A DNA stretch of 64,000 nt, taken from the IMG/VR virus record IMGVR_UViG_3300023184_000025, positions 62,001 through 126,000 of that record; one strand, 5' to 3'. Position 1 is the first letter of the stretch. Each line of letters starts with the position of its first letter. The notes below the pieces were generated by a model that was given only the letters and a program-made list of their open reading frames with translations, was not told the DNA's origin and did no database searches. Made by a program: the position numbers and the translations under genes. This document shows, in pieces, positions 26,872-36,816 of the stretch.

Positions 26872-28174
26872 GTTAATTCCTATTGATAAAATGTATCACT
26901 ACCTCGAAAGTTGTGTTGATTGTGATGTATTAATTTATCACTTTTATCCACACGGTAGTAAAGAAATTGAAGACCTTTCACAGTTTTCTAGTAAAGATCG
27001 TTCTTGGTTTGAATGGAACACCAGTTTGCTTATGGTCATGCACGATCAGGAACCTTTGAATTTTGACTATTACGATGAGGATAATTTAACAAACAGTATG
27101 TTACCTTGGTTTGATAAACACGACAAGTTAACTGCAAAAACCATGGAATTGGTGCCCGAAACTAAAGATATTTTAAGTAGACAAAACTTAAACTTTGTCT
27201 GTTACGGTCGTTCAATCTATGATAAAACGCTAATTTGTCACAGTGAGCAAAGATCTGAAAATTTAAAAAAGTACCAAGAAAATAACATGGTAGGGGTTTA
27301 TTGGTGGAGTCATGCAATTATTTCTAGAGACTGGTATCGTTATGCCGAACTTGATCCGTTGTTGATTTATACAAACTCATTTAACAAAGACTTTAACATT
27401 TACAATCGAGCATGGTCTGGTTCTAGAGAATATCGTGTAAAATTTACAGACCTGCTTGTTGAAAACAATTTGATTAATAACTCAAACATTAAATTTTCTA
27501 CTACCTGTGATCAACAACATTATCAACAATATCTTTATAAAAATCCAAAATTTATACCTAACAATGATTTATCAATGTTGCCTGAACCAACAGCGTCATC
27601 GACTTATAGTGCAGATTATTCTGCGGACGACTACAAAGAATGTTGGTTTGATGTTGTGCTTGAAACACTATTTGATGATCAACGGTTGCATATCACAGAA
27701 AAAACCCTACGACCAATTGCCTGTGGCAAACCATTTATTTTGACAGCCACACACGGAAGCCTTGAGTATCTTCATAGTTATGGTTTTAAAACATTCGGGG
27801 ATTACATCAACGAAAGCTATGATTCGATCTCAGATCCGTATCAACGATTAGAAGCAATAATTCAGTTAATGACAAAAATATCAATGCTATCACCAAATGA
27901 AAAAGAAGAACTTAATAAAAAATTTCTTCCTATAATCAAATACAATCAGCAAAGATTCTTTAGTAAAGAATTTAGTGACCGGGTAATCAACGAATTTAAA
28001 ACAAATTATAAATTGGCCAGAGACATTGCTAATCAGCATTGCACTGGACAAGCTTGGAAATTTGTTAACAAACTTAACTGTACCAATCCTGAAATAAAAG
28101 AAAATCTGTTTAGCGAGAATCCCAAAAAATCCAAAGCTGATATTATTAAGTTTTTTAAACTAATTAAAAGCTAA
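26870..28174 (+). CDS. Putative glycosyltransferase-like protein
   Basis: VVLET...ITEKTLRPI...PFI...GFKTF motif; paralogous motif in 58783-59847. Confidence 0.55.
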   Translation: MLIPIDKMYHYLESCVDCDVLIYHFYPHGSKEIEDLSQFSSKDRSWFEWNTSLLMVMHDQEPLNFDYYDEDNLTNSMLPWFDKHDKLTAKTMELVPETKDILSRQNLNFVCYGRSIYDKTLICHSEQRSENLKKYQENNMVGVYWWSHAIISRDWYRYAELDPLLIYTNSFNKDFNIYNRAWSGSREYRVKFTDLLVENNLINNSNIKFSTTCDQQHYQQYLYKNPKFIPNNDLSMLPEPTASSTYSADYSADDYKECWFDVVLETLFDDQRLHITEKTLRPIACGKPFILTATHGSLEYLHSYGFKTFGDYINESYDSISDPYQRLEAIIQLMTKISMLSPNEKEELNKKFLPIIKYNQQRFFSKEFSDRVINEFKTNYKLARDIANQHCTGQAWKFVNKLNCTNPEIKENLFSENPKKSKADIIKFFKLIKS

Positions 28175-28529
28175 TCTTTTTTTCAATTACTCCGGCCCAA
28201 TGTTCTCCCGGATCTGCTTGTTTGTATTCTTTAATGCGTATAGCAACATCGTCATAAAAACTGTTGAGTTCACCTCGCCATTTGCCCATTAAATGCTCAA
28301 GTGCATCTTCGCAGTACTTCCAATTTTTAAGACGATAGTTTTTCATCATGTTATTGTGCAATTCTCTAAAACGATCCAGAGTCACAAACTCTTCAAGACC
28401 CACCTTTTCAACCAGGCAATATGCAGTTACTGGGGTAGCAGACCCTGAAAACAATAATGTATCTAATTCAAGTATTGTGTATTTTTGATCAATTTCTTTG
28501 ACGTTTTCTTCACCTAAAATTATGTTCAT
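28164..28529 (-). CDS. Hypothetical protein
   Basis: 121-aa ORF with SD AAGGA. Confidence 0.7.
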   Translation of the reverse strand: MNIILGEENVKEIDQKYTILELDTLLFSGSATPVTAYCLVEKVGLEEFVTLDRFRELHNNMMKNYRLKNWKYCEDALEHLMGKWRGELNSFYDDVAIRIKEYKQADPGEHWAGVIEKKISF

Positions 28530-28555
28530 GGTCTAAATCCTTTTAAATATGTATC

Positions 28556-29344
28556 ATGCAATTTTCATTTGATCTTATTTCAGACCTTCATTTAGAAACG
28601 TGGCCCGAGTTTAATTGGGAAGGCCAAGCCACCAGCCAATTCTGTATTGTTGCTGGGGATGTTTCAAAAAGTCACCAACTCCTTTCACAGTCCCTCAGTC
28701 ACCTTAGTGACTGTTACCAAGGTGTTTTTTATATCGACGGCAACGACGAGCATAAACAAAATCTCAATCAAATTGGGGGCAATTACAAAGAAATTCAAGG
28801 TATCCTTGATGAGTTTCCAAATGTCATTTATCTTCAAGACAACGCTGTGGTAGTCAATGGTGTAGCAATCATTGCAACCAATGGTTGGTGGACCTGGGAC
28901 TTTGATGCTGATCTTGATCCGGTCGAAAGCAAACAAGCATTTAGAGATAAGTTCAACTGTGAATCCTGGGTTCCTGAGGTTATTGAAAGTATTGCATTTA
29001 ATGATGTTGATTATCTGTCTTCGTCAGTTAAACGGCTACAAACTCATAGCGATGTTAAAAAAATTATTGTTGTCACACATACAGTACCGTCTAGAGATTT
29101 AATTAGTCACGACGTTGAACTAATAGGAACACATAGATACAATACCATGGGTAATAGTTTTATTCAACAAATACTACACGAAGATTCAGAAAATAAGATT
29201 AGTCATTGGTGCTTTGGGCATTATCATGGCAGCGTTGATCGAGTAATTGACGGAATACGATATGTTAACAACTGTAAAGGAAGAGGTGATACACAATGGA
29301 AGAAGTCAGTTTATCATCCTTTACGAATTGAAGTTGATTTTTAA
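28556..29344 (+). CDS. Calcineurin-like metallophosphoesterase
   Basis: SDLH, AGD, GNDEH, THTVP, FGHYH motifs. Confidence 0.85.
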   Translation: MQFSFDLISDLHLETWPEFNWEGQATSQFCIVAGDVSKSHQLLSQSLSHLSDCYQGVFYIDGNDEHKQNLNQIGGNYKEIQGILDEFPNVIYLQDNAVVVNGVAIIATNGWWTWDFDADLDPVESKQAFRDKFNCESWVPEVIESIAFNDVDYLSSSVKRLQTHSDVKKIIVVTHTVPSRDLISHDVELIGTHRYNTMGNSFIQQILHEDSENKISHWCFGHYHGSVDRVIDGIRYVNNCKGRGDTQWKKSVYHPLRIEVDF

Positions 29345-29643
29345 GCAATCTCGGGTTCTAATTTAATCTGCAGTGGGTACCCTTCGGTTCTGGCACTAAC
29401 AGTAATTTCAATTCCCTTTTGCTCGGCAATTTCATACGGCAAAACTGCAACACAGGCAGATCCTGCATCGTGAATATCTGTTGTAATTTTTTCAGCGGTA
29501 ACTGTGGTATATTCAAAATATTGAATTAAACTTCCAATTACAAATTCCATAGATGTTTGATTGTCGTTGATATAGATAACCTTAAACATTGGAGGCTCTG
29601 CCAATCTTACGTTTGGTTTAATTCTATTTTTGGTGTCGGCCAT
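29341..29643 (-). CDS. clpS: ClpS adaptor
   Basis: FKVIYINDNQTSMEFV, IHDAG, YEIAEQK, YPL motifs. Confidence 0.9.
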   Translation of the reverse strand: MADTKNRIKPNVRLAEPPMFKVIYINDNQTSMEFVIGSLIQYFEYTTVTAEKITTDIHDAGSACVAVLPYEIAEQKGIEITVSARTEGYPLQIKLEPEIA

Positions 29644-29664
29644 TGTTATTATCTTCCTTTGCGG

Positions 29665-29695
29665 ATACTTGTAGGGCACCGTGCCCTACAAGTAT
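29665..29695. repeat. Perfect 15-bp inverted repeat
   Basis: ATACTTGTAGGGCAC-C-GTGCCCTACAAGTAT. Confidence 0.85.
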
Positions 29696-29713
29696 TTAAC
29701 ATTAACTATTATA

Positions 29714-30148
29714 TTATGAAGCGTAGTTAATTGCAATAGTTTTTGGCTTGGCTGAGTCAGGAATTACACGCTCTAGCTTGACAGATAAGATTCCGTCTTT
29801 GGCCACAGCATCCTTAACTTCAACATGATCACCTAGACTAAATGTGCGAATAAACTTGCGAGCACTAATGCCCTGATGACGGAAAATATATCCTTCGGGC
29901 GTTGTTTCTGTTTTTTCGCCGGTGATAATAATTTCACCGTCTTTAACAGTGATTTCAAGATCGCCTTGATTAAATCCGGCCACGGCAACCTGTACTTCGT
30001 AGGTGTTTTCACCTGTTTCTACAATGTTATATGGAGGATAATTAGTTGCGGCGTGATCGATCTGATTAACAATACGATCAAATAGTCTATCAACGCCAAT
30101 AGCGTTACGATAGAAGGGGGTGATATCAAAAGATGTGATTTTAGTCAT
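29714..30148 (-). CDS. Small heat-shock protein (Hsp20/IbpA-like)
   Basis: NYPPYNI, AVAGF, GISARKF, GIL motifs. Confidence 0.92.
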   Translation of the reverse strand: MTKITSFDITPFYRNAIGVDRLFDRIVNQIDHAATNYPPYNIVETGENTYEVQVAVAGFNQGDLEITVKDGEIIITGEKTETTPEGYIFRHQGISARKFIRTFSLGDHVEVKDAVAKDGILSVKLERVIPDSAKPKTIAINYAS

Positions 30149-30155
30149 GTCATTT

Positions 30156-30206
30156 CTCCTTTATTAAGCAAGTTGACTATACATGTAGCCCGACCATCGG
30201 CGCTAC
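30156..30206 (-). promoter_or_regulatory. ROSE-like RNA thermometer leader
   Basis: CUU-G-CUU pairs with SD AAGGAG; upstream hairpin; precedes the sHsp gene. Confidence 0.7.
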
Positions 30207-30267
30207 AAAGTATATTTATACAGGAAATTTCTAGATAAGTCAATACTGTTTGGCGTTTTTGTCTACC

Positions 30268-30711
30268 TTAGCTGTGTAAGTTATGTTGTCGTTTGTCTTT
30301 AAGAATAGAAAGAGTCAGGCGAGCTACACAAGTCAATTTGCCAGCATCATTTTTTAAATCAATGGCCCACACATGAATAGAATTGCCTAATTGAATAGGA
30401 CAAGCTGTTGCAGTTACCCATCCTCTTTTTACTGGGGCAATATGATTGGCATTGATATCTAATCCCACGCATCGAAATCCTGATTCAATTGCATAATAGG
30501 CAGCATAAGATGCTACGGTCTCTGCCAGGACTACATTCATGCCACCGTTTATAGAACCCCAAGGTTGCATGGTTTTATGGTCAACAGGAATACGTGCAGT
30601 CACATAATTGTCACCAATGTCTGTAAATTCAATACCTACATGTTCCCCACTATTTCCTTTACTCAATGCATTGAGCAAGTCTAATGATATAGGTTTTTTC
30701 CAAATGGTCAT
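30268..30711 (-). CDS. Hotdog-fold thioesterase (PaaI/MenI-like)
   Basis: QPWGSINGG, LAET, VGLDINANH motifs. Confidence 0.85.
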   Translation of the reverse strand: MTIWKKPISLDLLNALSKGNSGEHVGIEFTDIGDNYVTARIPVDHKTMQPWGSINGGMNVVLAETVASYAAYYAIESGFRCVGLDINANHIAPVKRGWVTATACPIQLGNSIHVWAIDLKNDAGKLTCVARLTLSILKDKRQHNLHS

Positions 30712-30749
30712 TAATTATTCTCCCAACATTAATTGTGGTTACTATACCT

Positions 30750-30962
30750 CTATTTGATATTCCTGACCTTGTATTCGCAGTCTGCCCAAGTAATAAAAAA
30801 CAAAGTAAAGTGCTCAGGTTGATTTAATCCAAGTCGATATTTTAAACCCTTGGCTACTTTAGTTGTATAAGGTATGTTGTGTTTTTTTGCCCAGAGATCA
30901 ACTGCATCTTCAAGGTCATCAAAATTGTCCATTGCGTTTAAAATATCAAATTCAATGTACAT
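30750..30962 (-). CDS. Hypothetical protein
   Basis: 70-aa ORF in operon. Confidence 0.6.
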   Translation of the reverse strand: MYIEFDILNAMDNFDDLEDAVDLWAKKHNIPYTTKVAKGLKYRLGLNQPEHFTLFFITWADCEYKVRNIK

Positions 30963-31013
30963 TAATAAAGTTTTTTTTGGGAGCTCTTGACTTTATAGAA
31001 CTGCTTTCCCCAA
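30962..31013 (-). pseudogene. Possible deletion remnant of a phage bS21 gene
   Basis: SD + TTG-GKAVL-stop-SQELPKK(+1 A)LY-TAA overlapping the next ATG. Confidence 0.35.
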
Positions 31014-31023
31014 AATATTTTCC

Positions 31024-32220
31024 TTATATGTTATCAGGATTATTTATTAGGTCGGCATTGATATTCACGCATTTAATTTCTCGCTTGACATAGTCTCGTA
31101 GTTTAAACATGTGCGGCATTAGTGCTCGTTCAACTTCGGATTGCAAAGCTCTTGCTCCAGTTCCTGAATTAATTGCACGTTTTACAATTGCGTCAATACT
31201 GCTAGATTCAAAATTTAGTTCAACTTGATCTTGTTTGAAAATCCAACGATATTGATCTAAGATATTGTGTTTTACTTCAGTCAGTACACGAGTCATTGAT
31301 GACTCATCTAATTCTTCCAAAGTAACTACACTAGGAAAACGTCCTACAAATTCAGGAATCATTCCAAAACGCACCAGGTCGTCTGGAGTAACCTGGGTCA
31401 GGTCAACATCTCTGTTAGAAATCATTTCTGTGTTAAATCCAATATTTGATCCGTTGATACGATTTTTTAAAATGCTGTTAAGGCCAACAAATGCTCCACC
31501 TGTAATAAACAAAATTTTACTGGTGTCAATTTCGATCATTTCGCCTCCGGGATGTTTTCTACCACCGGAGTTTGGAATACGACATACAGTACCTTCAACT
31601 AGCTTTAGCAATGCTTGTTGAACACCTTCTCCTGATACGTCCCTGGTGATACTAGTGCTTTCACTTTTACGTGCAATTTTATCAATTTCATCTACAAATA
31701 CAATTCCATGCTGTGCTTTTTCAACGTCATTACCCGATGCCGCATATAATCGACTAATCAACATTTCAACGTCGTCACCAACATAGCCTGCTTCAGTAAT
31801 ACTGGTAGCATCTGCAATAACAAACGGAACATCTAAATATCTTGCCACTGTCTTGGCAAGAAGTGTTTTACCTGATCCAGTTGGGCCAAGCATAAGAATG
31901 TTGGCTTTGGATAGTTCAATTTCTGTTCCTATGTTTTGTAGTCGTTTGTAATGATTAACAATTGCAACGCTAAGAACAACTTTTGCACGATCTTGACCAA
32001 TAACGTATTGATCAAGAAATTCTTTAAGCTTCATGGGATCCATGCGTTCTACGTCATTGATGATTTCTGCTGGGGGCTGGTCTTCTAACAAGTCCTGGCA
32101 TAATGTAACACATTCGTTGCAGATTGCAACATCGTCACTGACAATTAGTTTTTTTACTACGTCTTTTTCTTTACCACAGAAGCTACAGGCGTGTTTGTGT
32201 TGTTGCAGTACAGCAGTCAT
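31024..32220 (-). CDS. clpX: ClpX ATPase
   Basis: CSFC/CNEC zinc domain, [28 protein letters not shown] motifs. Confidence 0.95.
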   Translation of the reverse strand: MTAVLQQHKHACSFCGKEKDVVKKLIVSDDVAICNECVTLCQDLLEDQPPAEIINDVERMDPMKLKEFLDQYVIGQDRAKVVLSVAIVNHYKRLQNIGTEIELSKANILMLGPTGSGKTLLAKTVARYLDVPFVIADATSITEAGYVGDDVEMLISRLYAASGNDVEKAQHGIVFVDEIDKIARKSESTSITRDVSGEGVQQALLKLVEGTVCRIPNSGGRKHPGGEMIEIDTSKILFITGGAFVGLNSILKNRINGSNIGFNTEMISNRDVDLTQVTPDDLVRFGMIPEFVGRFPSVVTLEELDESSMTRVLTEVKHNILDQYRWIFKQDQVELNFESSSIDAIVKRAINSGTGARALQSEVERALMPHMFKLRDYVKREIKCVNINADLINNPDNI

Positions 32221-33701
32221 TAAATTGGTCCTTGTTTAAGTTTTTCTTCGATTTGAGAACGTTCACTGTCATTGAGCAGTTCAGGGTCGTACTCGCCTGA
32301 ACTTATTTTACTAATTAAATAATCAATATAAGAGTCATTGTATACATATCTGTCGGTTAATTTTTTATCAACTTCAATCCATTTTTGTCCATTATATTTA
32401 AATAACTTGGTTGGTTGGTATGTTATGTTAAGATACATGTCTCCTTTTGCAGAAGACTCGGGCAATTGGTCTCCATAAGGAATGTCTGAATCTTCATCAC
32501 TGGTGTTTAAATAATCCTCCCAGGGCGAATGATCAATAAAACCTGCGTCAACTAATCGCCGTTGATTTTTTAAAGTTTCTTTAGGATTATCTGCTTTCCA
32601 CCGACGTTTAGCTTCTTTGACTGCTTCGGAATCGTTATCAACTTCTTCTTGAACTTCTTCTTGAACTTCTTCTTCAACTGGGTCACAATCCGGGTTAGCA
32701 CAAACAAATCCTATGCTAGGCACATCGACTAATGGTATGCCACATTTTACACAAGGTATAGTATCTGGTTCAATTGATAGTATTTCAACTGGAGAAGTTT
32801 CTGGATCCTTAGGGAATAATTCTGTTTTGACTGCAACTTCGCCTTCGGGCAATCCAAATGCTTCTACTGATTTTTTAAGTTGGGCAATCTGTTCTTCGGT
32901 TAACGGCCCATCGTCTTCTTCGTATGCTGGTGTTTTTTCTAAATCTTCTTTACGCCACTTTAAACTTTCAGTTGCGGCCAACAACATCATGATAGCCAAC
33001 GGATCAAACACAGCAACAATGATGATAATAACCCAGGTAACTGCTTTTTCCAACAAGTTGGCATCGGGGTTATCCCCGTAGACAAATGCGGCAATGTATT
33101 TTATCGGTCCAACTTCGGCTTCTACTTTACGAACTTCTGCCGCAATCGGCGCTCGCTGTTCAGCAAGTATGCTAACTTTTTTCTGTTCGGCTTCAATTTC
33201 AGCAAGGAGACGCCCACGTTCCTTTTGTTGACTCCTACGGAGAGCCACGGACTTATCTGCACCCGTTTCTGTTGTACTTCGACCCATGACTTGGTCCACT
33301 GCCTCATCCATTTGTTTAAGCGCCTTACGATTTGCATCTATATTGTCCTTGGCTGTTTTAATTTTTTCATCGTATACTGCAATCTTGGCCTGCACATCAC
33401 CTGATACTAGGCTTTGGTCACTGTGTGCTTTTGACAAGAATCCAAAAATACCCATTGATGTTATTATCATCAATATACCAACTGCTGGCACTAGATACAA
33501 TTTCATGGTTAACCGGCAACGGTGCCAGTATTCATGTAGCCAGACCGTTACAACTAGTTTAGCAACCTCAAGTACGGACCCCATAATCATGATGGGCACC
33601 ACCGCCGCCGCAAATATAGCCGCTAGGCCTGCAATTGAATAGAAAGCGGCAATGGCAGATAAAGATAGGGCTATTGCCAAAGTTAGTAGTGACAAAAACA
33701 T
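32220..33701 (-). CDS. Membrane-anchored coiled-coil protein with acidic tail
   Basis: N-terminal TMs, coiled coil, fourth TM, CxxC pair. Confidence 0.7.
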   Translation of the reverse strand: MFLSLLTLAIALSLSAIAAFYSIAGLAAIFAAAVVPIMIMGSVLEVAKLVVTVWLHEYWHRCRLTMKLYLVPAVGILMIITSMGIFGFLSKAHSDQSLVSGDVQAKIAVYDEKIKTAKDNIDANRKALKQMDEAVDQVMGRSTTETGADKSVALRRSQQKERGRLLAEIEAEQKKVSILAEQRAPIAAEVRKVEAEVGPIKYIAAFVYGDNPDANLLEKAVTWVIIIIVAVFDPLAIMMLLAATESLKWRKEDLEKTPAYEEDDGPLTEEQIAQLKKSVEAFGLPEGEVAVKTELFPKDPETSPVEILSIEPDTIPCVKCGIPLVDVPSIGFVCANPDCDPVEEEVQEEVQEEVDNDSEAVKEAKRRWKADNPKETLKNQRRLVDAGFIDHSPWEDYLNTSDEDSDIPYGDQLPESSAKGDMYLNITYQPTKLFKYNGQKWIEVDKKLTDRYVYNDSYIDYLISKISSGEYDPELLNDSERSQIEEKLKQGPI

Positions 33702-33703
33702 AG

Positions 33704-33973
33704 TTAGTTATTTACCGGTTTTTTAATCTCTTCTTTGATCAACTCAACTCCTGTTTTAAGCGTAATCCATACACCAAACTTAGAATCCGGCACTTCAAAC
33801 CAAACATCAACTCGAGGGTCAATTGACCATTTAACTTTATCAAGTTTACGCCGTACCTTTCCTTGACAACACCATTCTTTACCAAACAAGCGGCGACACT
33901 CAGCCATGACATTATACCATTGCTGAGAGTTTTTTATTGCAAAATAAAACTTGTGGTATTCTTTATTTTCCAT
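33704..33973 (-). CDS. Hypothetical protein
   Basis: 89-aa ORF. Confidence 0.6.
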   Translation of the reverse strand: MENKEYHKFYFAIKNSQQWYNVMAECRRLFGKEWCCQGKVRRKLDKVKWSIDPRVDVWFEVPDSKFGVWITLKTGVELIKEEIKKPVNN

Positions 33974-34035
33974 CCATATCTTTATCTGCGACCTTCTTTA
34001 AAATAATAAAGTTTCTTCATTGAAGAATGGCTATA

Positions 34036-34251
34036 TTATTCTAATCCAAAATGTTTGAGTAAAGCTTTTTCCTTGCCAGATACTGTGGCACATTCGCGAA
34101 CAATGCCTTCAGCAAATAACTGTAATTCATCCAGGCGCAAGGCACAGAATAAACTTGGATTTGCTTTAAATGCATCAAGAAAGTCCTCCTCATTGAGTTT
34201 TTCTTTAAAAGCACTATCGGCAATTTTAATAAAATTTTCATGCATAGTCAT
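34036..34251 (-). CDS. Hypothetical protein
   Basis: ATGA overlap with the ligase; FAEGIVREC...KHFG motif. Confidence 0.65.
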   Translation of the reverse strand: MTMHENFIKIADSAFKEKLNEEDFLDAFKANPSLFCALRLDELQLFAEGIVRECATVSGKEKALLKHFGLE

Positions 34252-35621
34252 AATTTTTCTCCTTGTTCAAATCCACGGAATCGCAAAAATCGAGGAAACC
34301 TCAGACTGTACGATCCGTCTTGGTTTTGCGTAACTGCGTCAGCTTCAACTTCAACCACGCACCCCAAAAGTTTATCCCTAGCGGTCCAATACTCATCGCG
34401 ATCGCTATCAGACAAACCACTGCCAACATTAACCCTAATATTTCGGTCATTATCGACTCCTTCACAAATTATAGCACCCAACCGGCCAAGATTGCGACCG
34501 GTTCCTTCTTCGAAACCCACAATATCGAGATCAACAGTGATAGTAGGTTTCCATTTCATCCAAAAGTCTGAACGTTTGCACTCGTAAGGTGCATCCATTG
34601 TTTTGATCATAATGCCTTCGTAGCCTTCTTCTACTGACGCTTCGGCAAACCTACGCATGACATCATGCCCTTCTGCTGTGTCTAAGTCCACATCCATACC
34701 AGGCATGATTTGCACACACCCATTTTCTGGTAACATTGCTTGAGCACGTTTTAAGAGATCAATTCGCTTGTGCTGTTGCAAATTACAAAAGCCTTCACGG
34801 AACTCTGTCAACGGCAAGATGTCAAACACATGATACACCATGTTGTCTGTTCGAGCATTGCTCTTGCGTTGAGCCTGTTTCATCAGGTCCTGGAAATTCT
34901 TGCCCACAATCTCGCCATCCAACACAAACTGTCCACCAAAGGCAGAATTACGTTGAAATGCTTTGCGATGTTCTTCAACAAAGTCAACAATCTGTGGGAA
35001 GTTCTCAAACTCTTTGCCATTACGACTGTACAATGTACAAGCAGATCCATTCACAACTGCCAACACACGCACACCATCCAGCTTGACTTCCAGGCGCTTG
35101 ATGCCTTTTAGTTTCTTGGGCTGGTCTGTAGAGTCCTGTGCTAGCTGGCAACTGAAGATTGGTATCTTCCATTCAGTCTTGCCCAGTACTTTGTTTAGAG
35201 TTTTCTCTGAGATACCGCATCTCAAGTCCTTGATCAACACCCGTCGAGCCAAGTTATTCCACTCGTCTGAGTCAAACATTTGACTGCAAGTTTCAATTGC
35301 CTCTCTTGCACGATTACCGGTGACGCTTCTGGTACGTAGACTTTCTAACAAGGCCCAAAACGTAGTCCAGGGGTTAGGCATACCGGTCAGTCCGTTGGTC
35401 TCGGGTACCTGACGGATGTTAAAAGTGTAGAAAGGATTATAGGCCTGGTAGCAATTAAAGAGAAAACATTGTGCATCGGCACTACCAAGTCTTGCCGCCA
35501 TTAGTGCTTTTTCAATGGTTTTTTCTTTGTGTATGCGACTGTCCGAACTTTCTAAATCACGTATCCAGCCTGCGGCCATTGTGTTGTCAAACCTTTCGTC
35601 GCTAAAATTAATATCTTGCAT
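34248..35621 (-). CDS. ATP-dependent DNA ligase
   Basis: KLDGVR, LDGE, EGIMIK, WMKWK, SLRFPRF motifs. Confidence 0.95.
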   Translation of the reverse strand: MQDINFSDERFDNTMAAGWIRDLESSDSRIHKEKTIEKALMAARLGSADAQCFLFNCYQAYNPFYTFNIRQVPETNGLTGMPNPWTTFWALLESLRTRSVTGNRAREAIETCSQMFDSDEWNNLARRVLIKDLRCGISEKTLNKVLGKTEWKIPIFSCQLAQDSTDQPKKLKGIKRLEVKLDGVRVLAVVNGSACTLYSRNGKEFENFPQIVDFVEEHRKAFQRNSAFGGQFVLDGEIVGKNFQDLMKQAQRKSNARTDNMVYHVFDILPLTEFREGFCNLQQHKRIDLLKRAQAMLPENGCVQIMPGMDVDLDTAEGHDVMRRFAEASVEEGYEGIMIKTMDAPYECKRSDFWMKWKPTITVDLDIVGFEEGTGRNLGRLGAIICEGVDNDRNIRVNVGSGLSDSDRDEYWTARDKLLGCVVEVEADAVTQNQDGSYSLRFPRFLRFRGFEQGEKL

Positions 35622-35626
35622 AGTAT

Positions 35627-36121
35627 TTAACTTCCTGTAGAAAGGATAAGTGTACGTGGATCATCTTTGGCAATTTTAAAACCTTCAATAAACATGTGGT
35701 GTTCATCACCGCTGTCACGGATACAGGCATTGGCCGCAACATACAATGCCGACCAGGTCAGTCCATTGATCTCAGAAATCACTGTGTCGTCGCCCCAATG
35801 ATCTTTGTATAACACACGATTCACACCTTCAAAGGGATGACGATCGCTGAGATTGTTTGCGTCGTAGACACTCCACACAGCTGACAATCCTAGTTGATTT
35901 TGAACATCACTGTAATGCTCTTGTTTAAGTTCAAACGACTTGCTGTCTTGTTCGTATGCACTGGTAAGACCTTTGCGAATGTCTGTTGCGGCACGGGCCA
36001 GCTTGATGTACAGTTCAGGTTTGAGTACTTCTTCAAGCTGTGCCCTGACCTGATCCAACTCCCACAAGGCGTTGTGTATAGTCTTGAATTCTTCAGCAGT
36101 GATTGTAGGGCTACAGTTCAT
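35627..36121 (-). CDS. Hypothetical protein
   Basis: 164-aa ORF with SD AAGGA. Confidence 0.7.
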   Translation of the reverse strand: MNCSPTITAEEFKTIHNALWELDQVRAQLEEVLKPELYIKLARAATDIRKGLTSAYEQDSKSFELKQEHYSDVQNQLGLSAVWSVYDANNLSDRHPFEGVNRVLYKDHWGDDTVISEINGLTWSALYVAANACIRDSGDEHHMFIEGFKIAKDDPRTLILSTGS

Positions 36122-36127
36122 TATAAA

Positions 36128-36280
36128 TTATTCCTTAACAAACGACACACCTGATGCCATTATCATCAGACCAAATGATGCTGTCAATGCGGCGTAAAAT
36201 AAATCAAGATCTGTTTGACTGTGCTCAATGCCACCGACTGCACCAAAGGCAATCAATAACCCAATCATAATTCTAATCAT
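36128..36280 (-). CDS. Small two-TM protein (50 aa, not in the ORF track)
   Basis: TAATG overlap; MIRIMIGLLIAFGAVGGIE... Confidence 0.6.
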   Translation of the reverse strand: MIRIMIGLLIAFGAVGGIEHSQTDLDLFYAALTASFGLMIMASGVSFVKE

Positions 36281-36756
36281 TATGCTGTTTCCTTTACAGT
36301 TTCCAAGGCTTCTGACAGCAATACCAGTTTGTTATAAAACTTTGTATCACTCTCGTAAGTGTTACCCACATACCAGACACCATCTTGCATAATATAATAC
36401 CATTCTGCACAGCATCCGTCGGCACGTTCAAAGAACTTGGCAAAGGTTAAATCCACTGCAAAGTCGACGCCTTCTTCTCCACGGTCACGACCGTAGAACG
36501 TGCATGAATCTCCGTGGTCCAACTTGTATTGCTCACGTTCCGCTGGCGTGAGGTCAAAGTGACTGAAGGCATGTTTTTCGCCGATGTTCGGGCGGAGGCT
36601 ACTGAGGTCCCCAAGGGCCACAAGGTGGTTTGCTTTTGCTGAGTCATAGTGTTCCTGTAGAATAAGACCATTGTGTTCGAGATAGCCATCCCAGTGACAG
36701 TAAACTGATTTACATTTATCACCATGCATAACTGCGATGCGACTACGAGTACCCAT
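36280..36756 (-). CDS. Hypothetical phage protein (MGTRS...YCHWDGY)
   Basis: SD AAGGAG, own promoter. Confidence 0.75.
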   Translation of the reverse strand: MGTRSRIAVMHGDKCKSVYCHWDGYLEHNGLILQEHYDSAKANHLVALGDLSSLRPNIGEKHAFSHFDLTPAEREQYKLDHGDSCTFYGRDRGEEGVDFAVDLTFAKFFERADGCCAEWYYIMQDGVWYVGNTYESDTKFYNKLVLLSEALETVKETA

Positions 36757-36787
36757 ATCAAGCTCCTTTGTGTTTCAGTATATGTAT

Positions 36788-36816
36788 ATTATAGCAAATT
36801 GGGAATTATCGGTCAA
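36788..36816 (-). promoter_or_regulatory. Early promoter TTGACC-N17-TATAAT
   Basis: Repeated promoter family. Confidence 0.85.

Noticed and set aside
32638-32678. 12-bp tandem repeat (EEVQ)
   Set aside because: Short in-frame slippage repeat in an acidic linker; no evidence of function.
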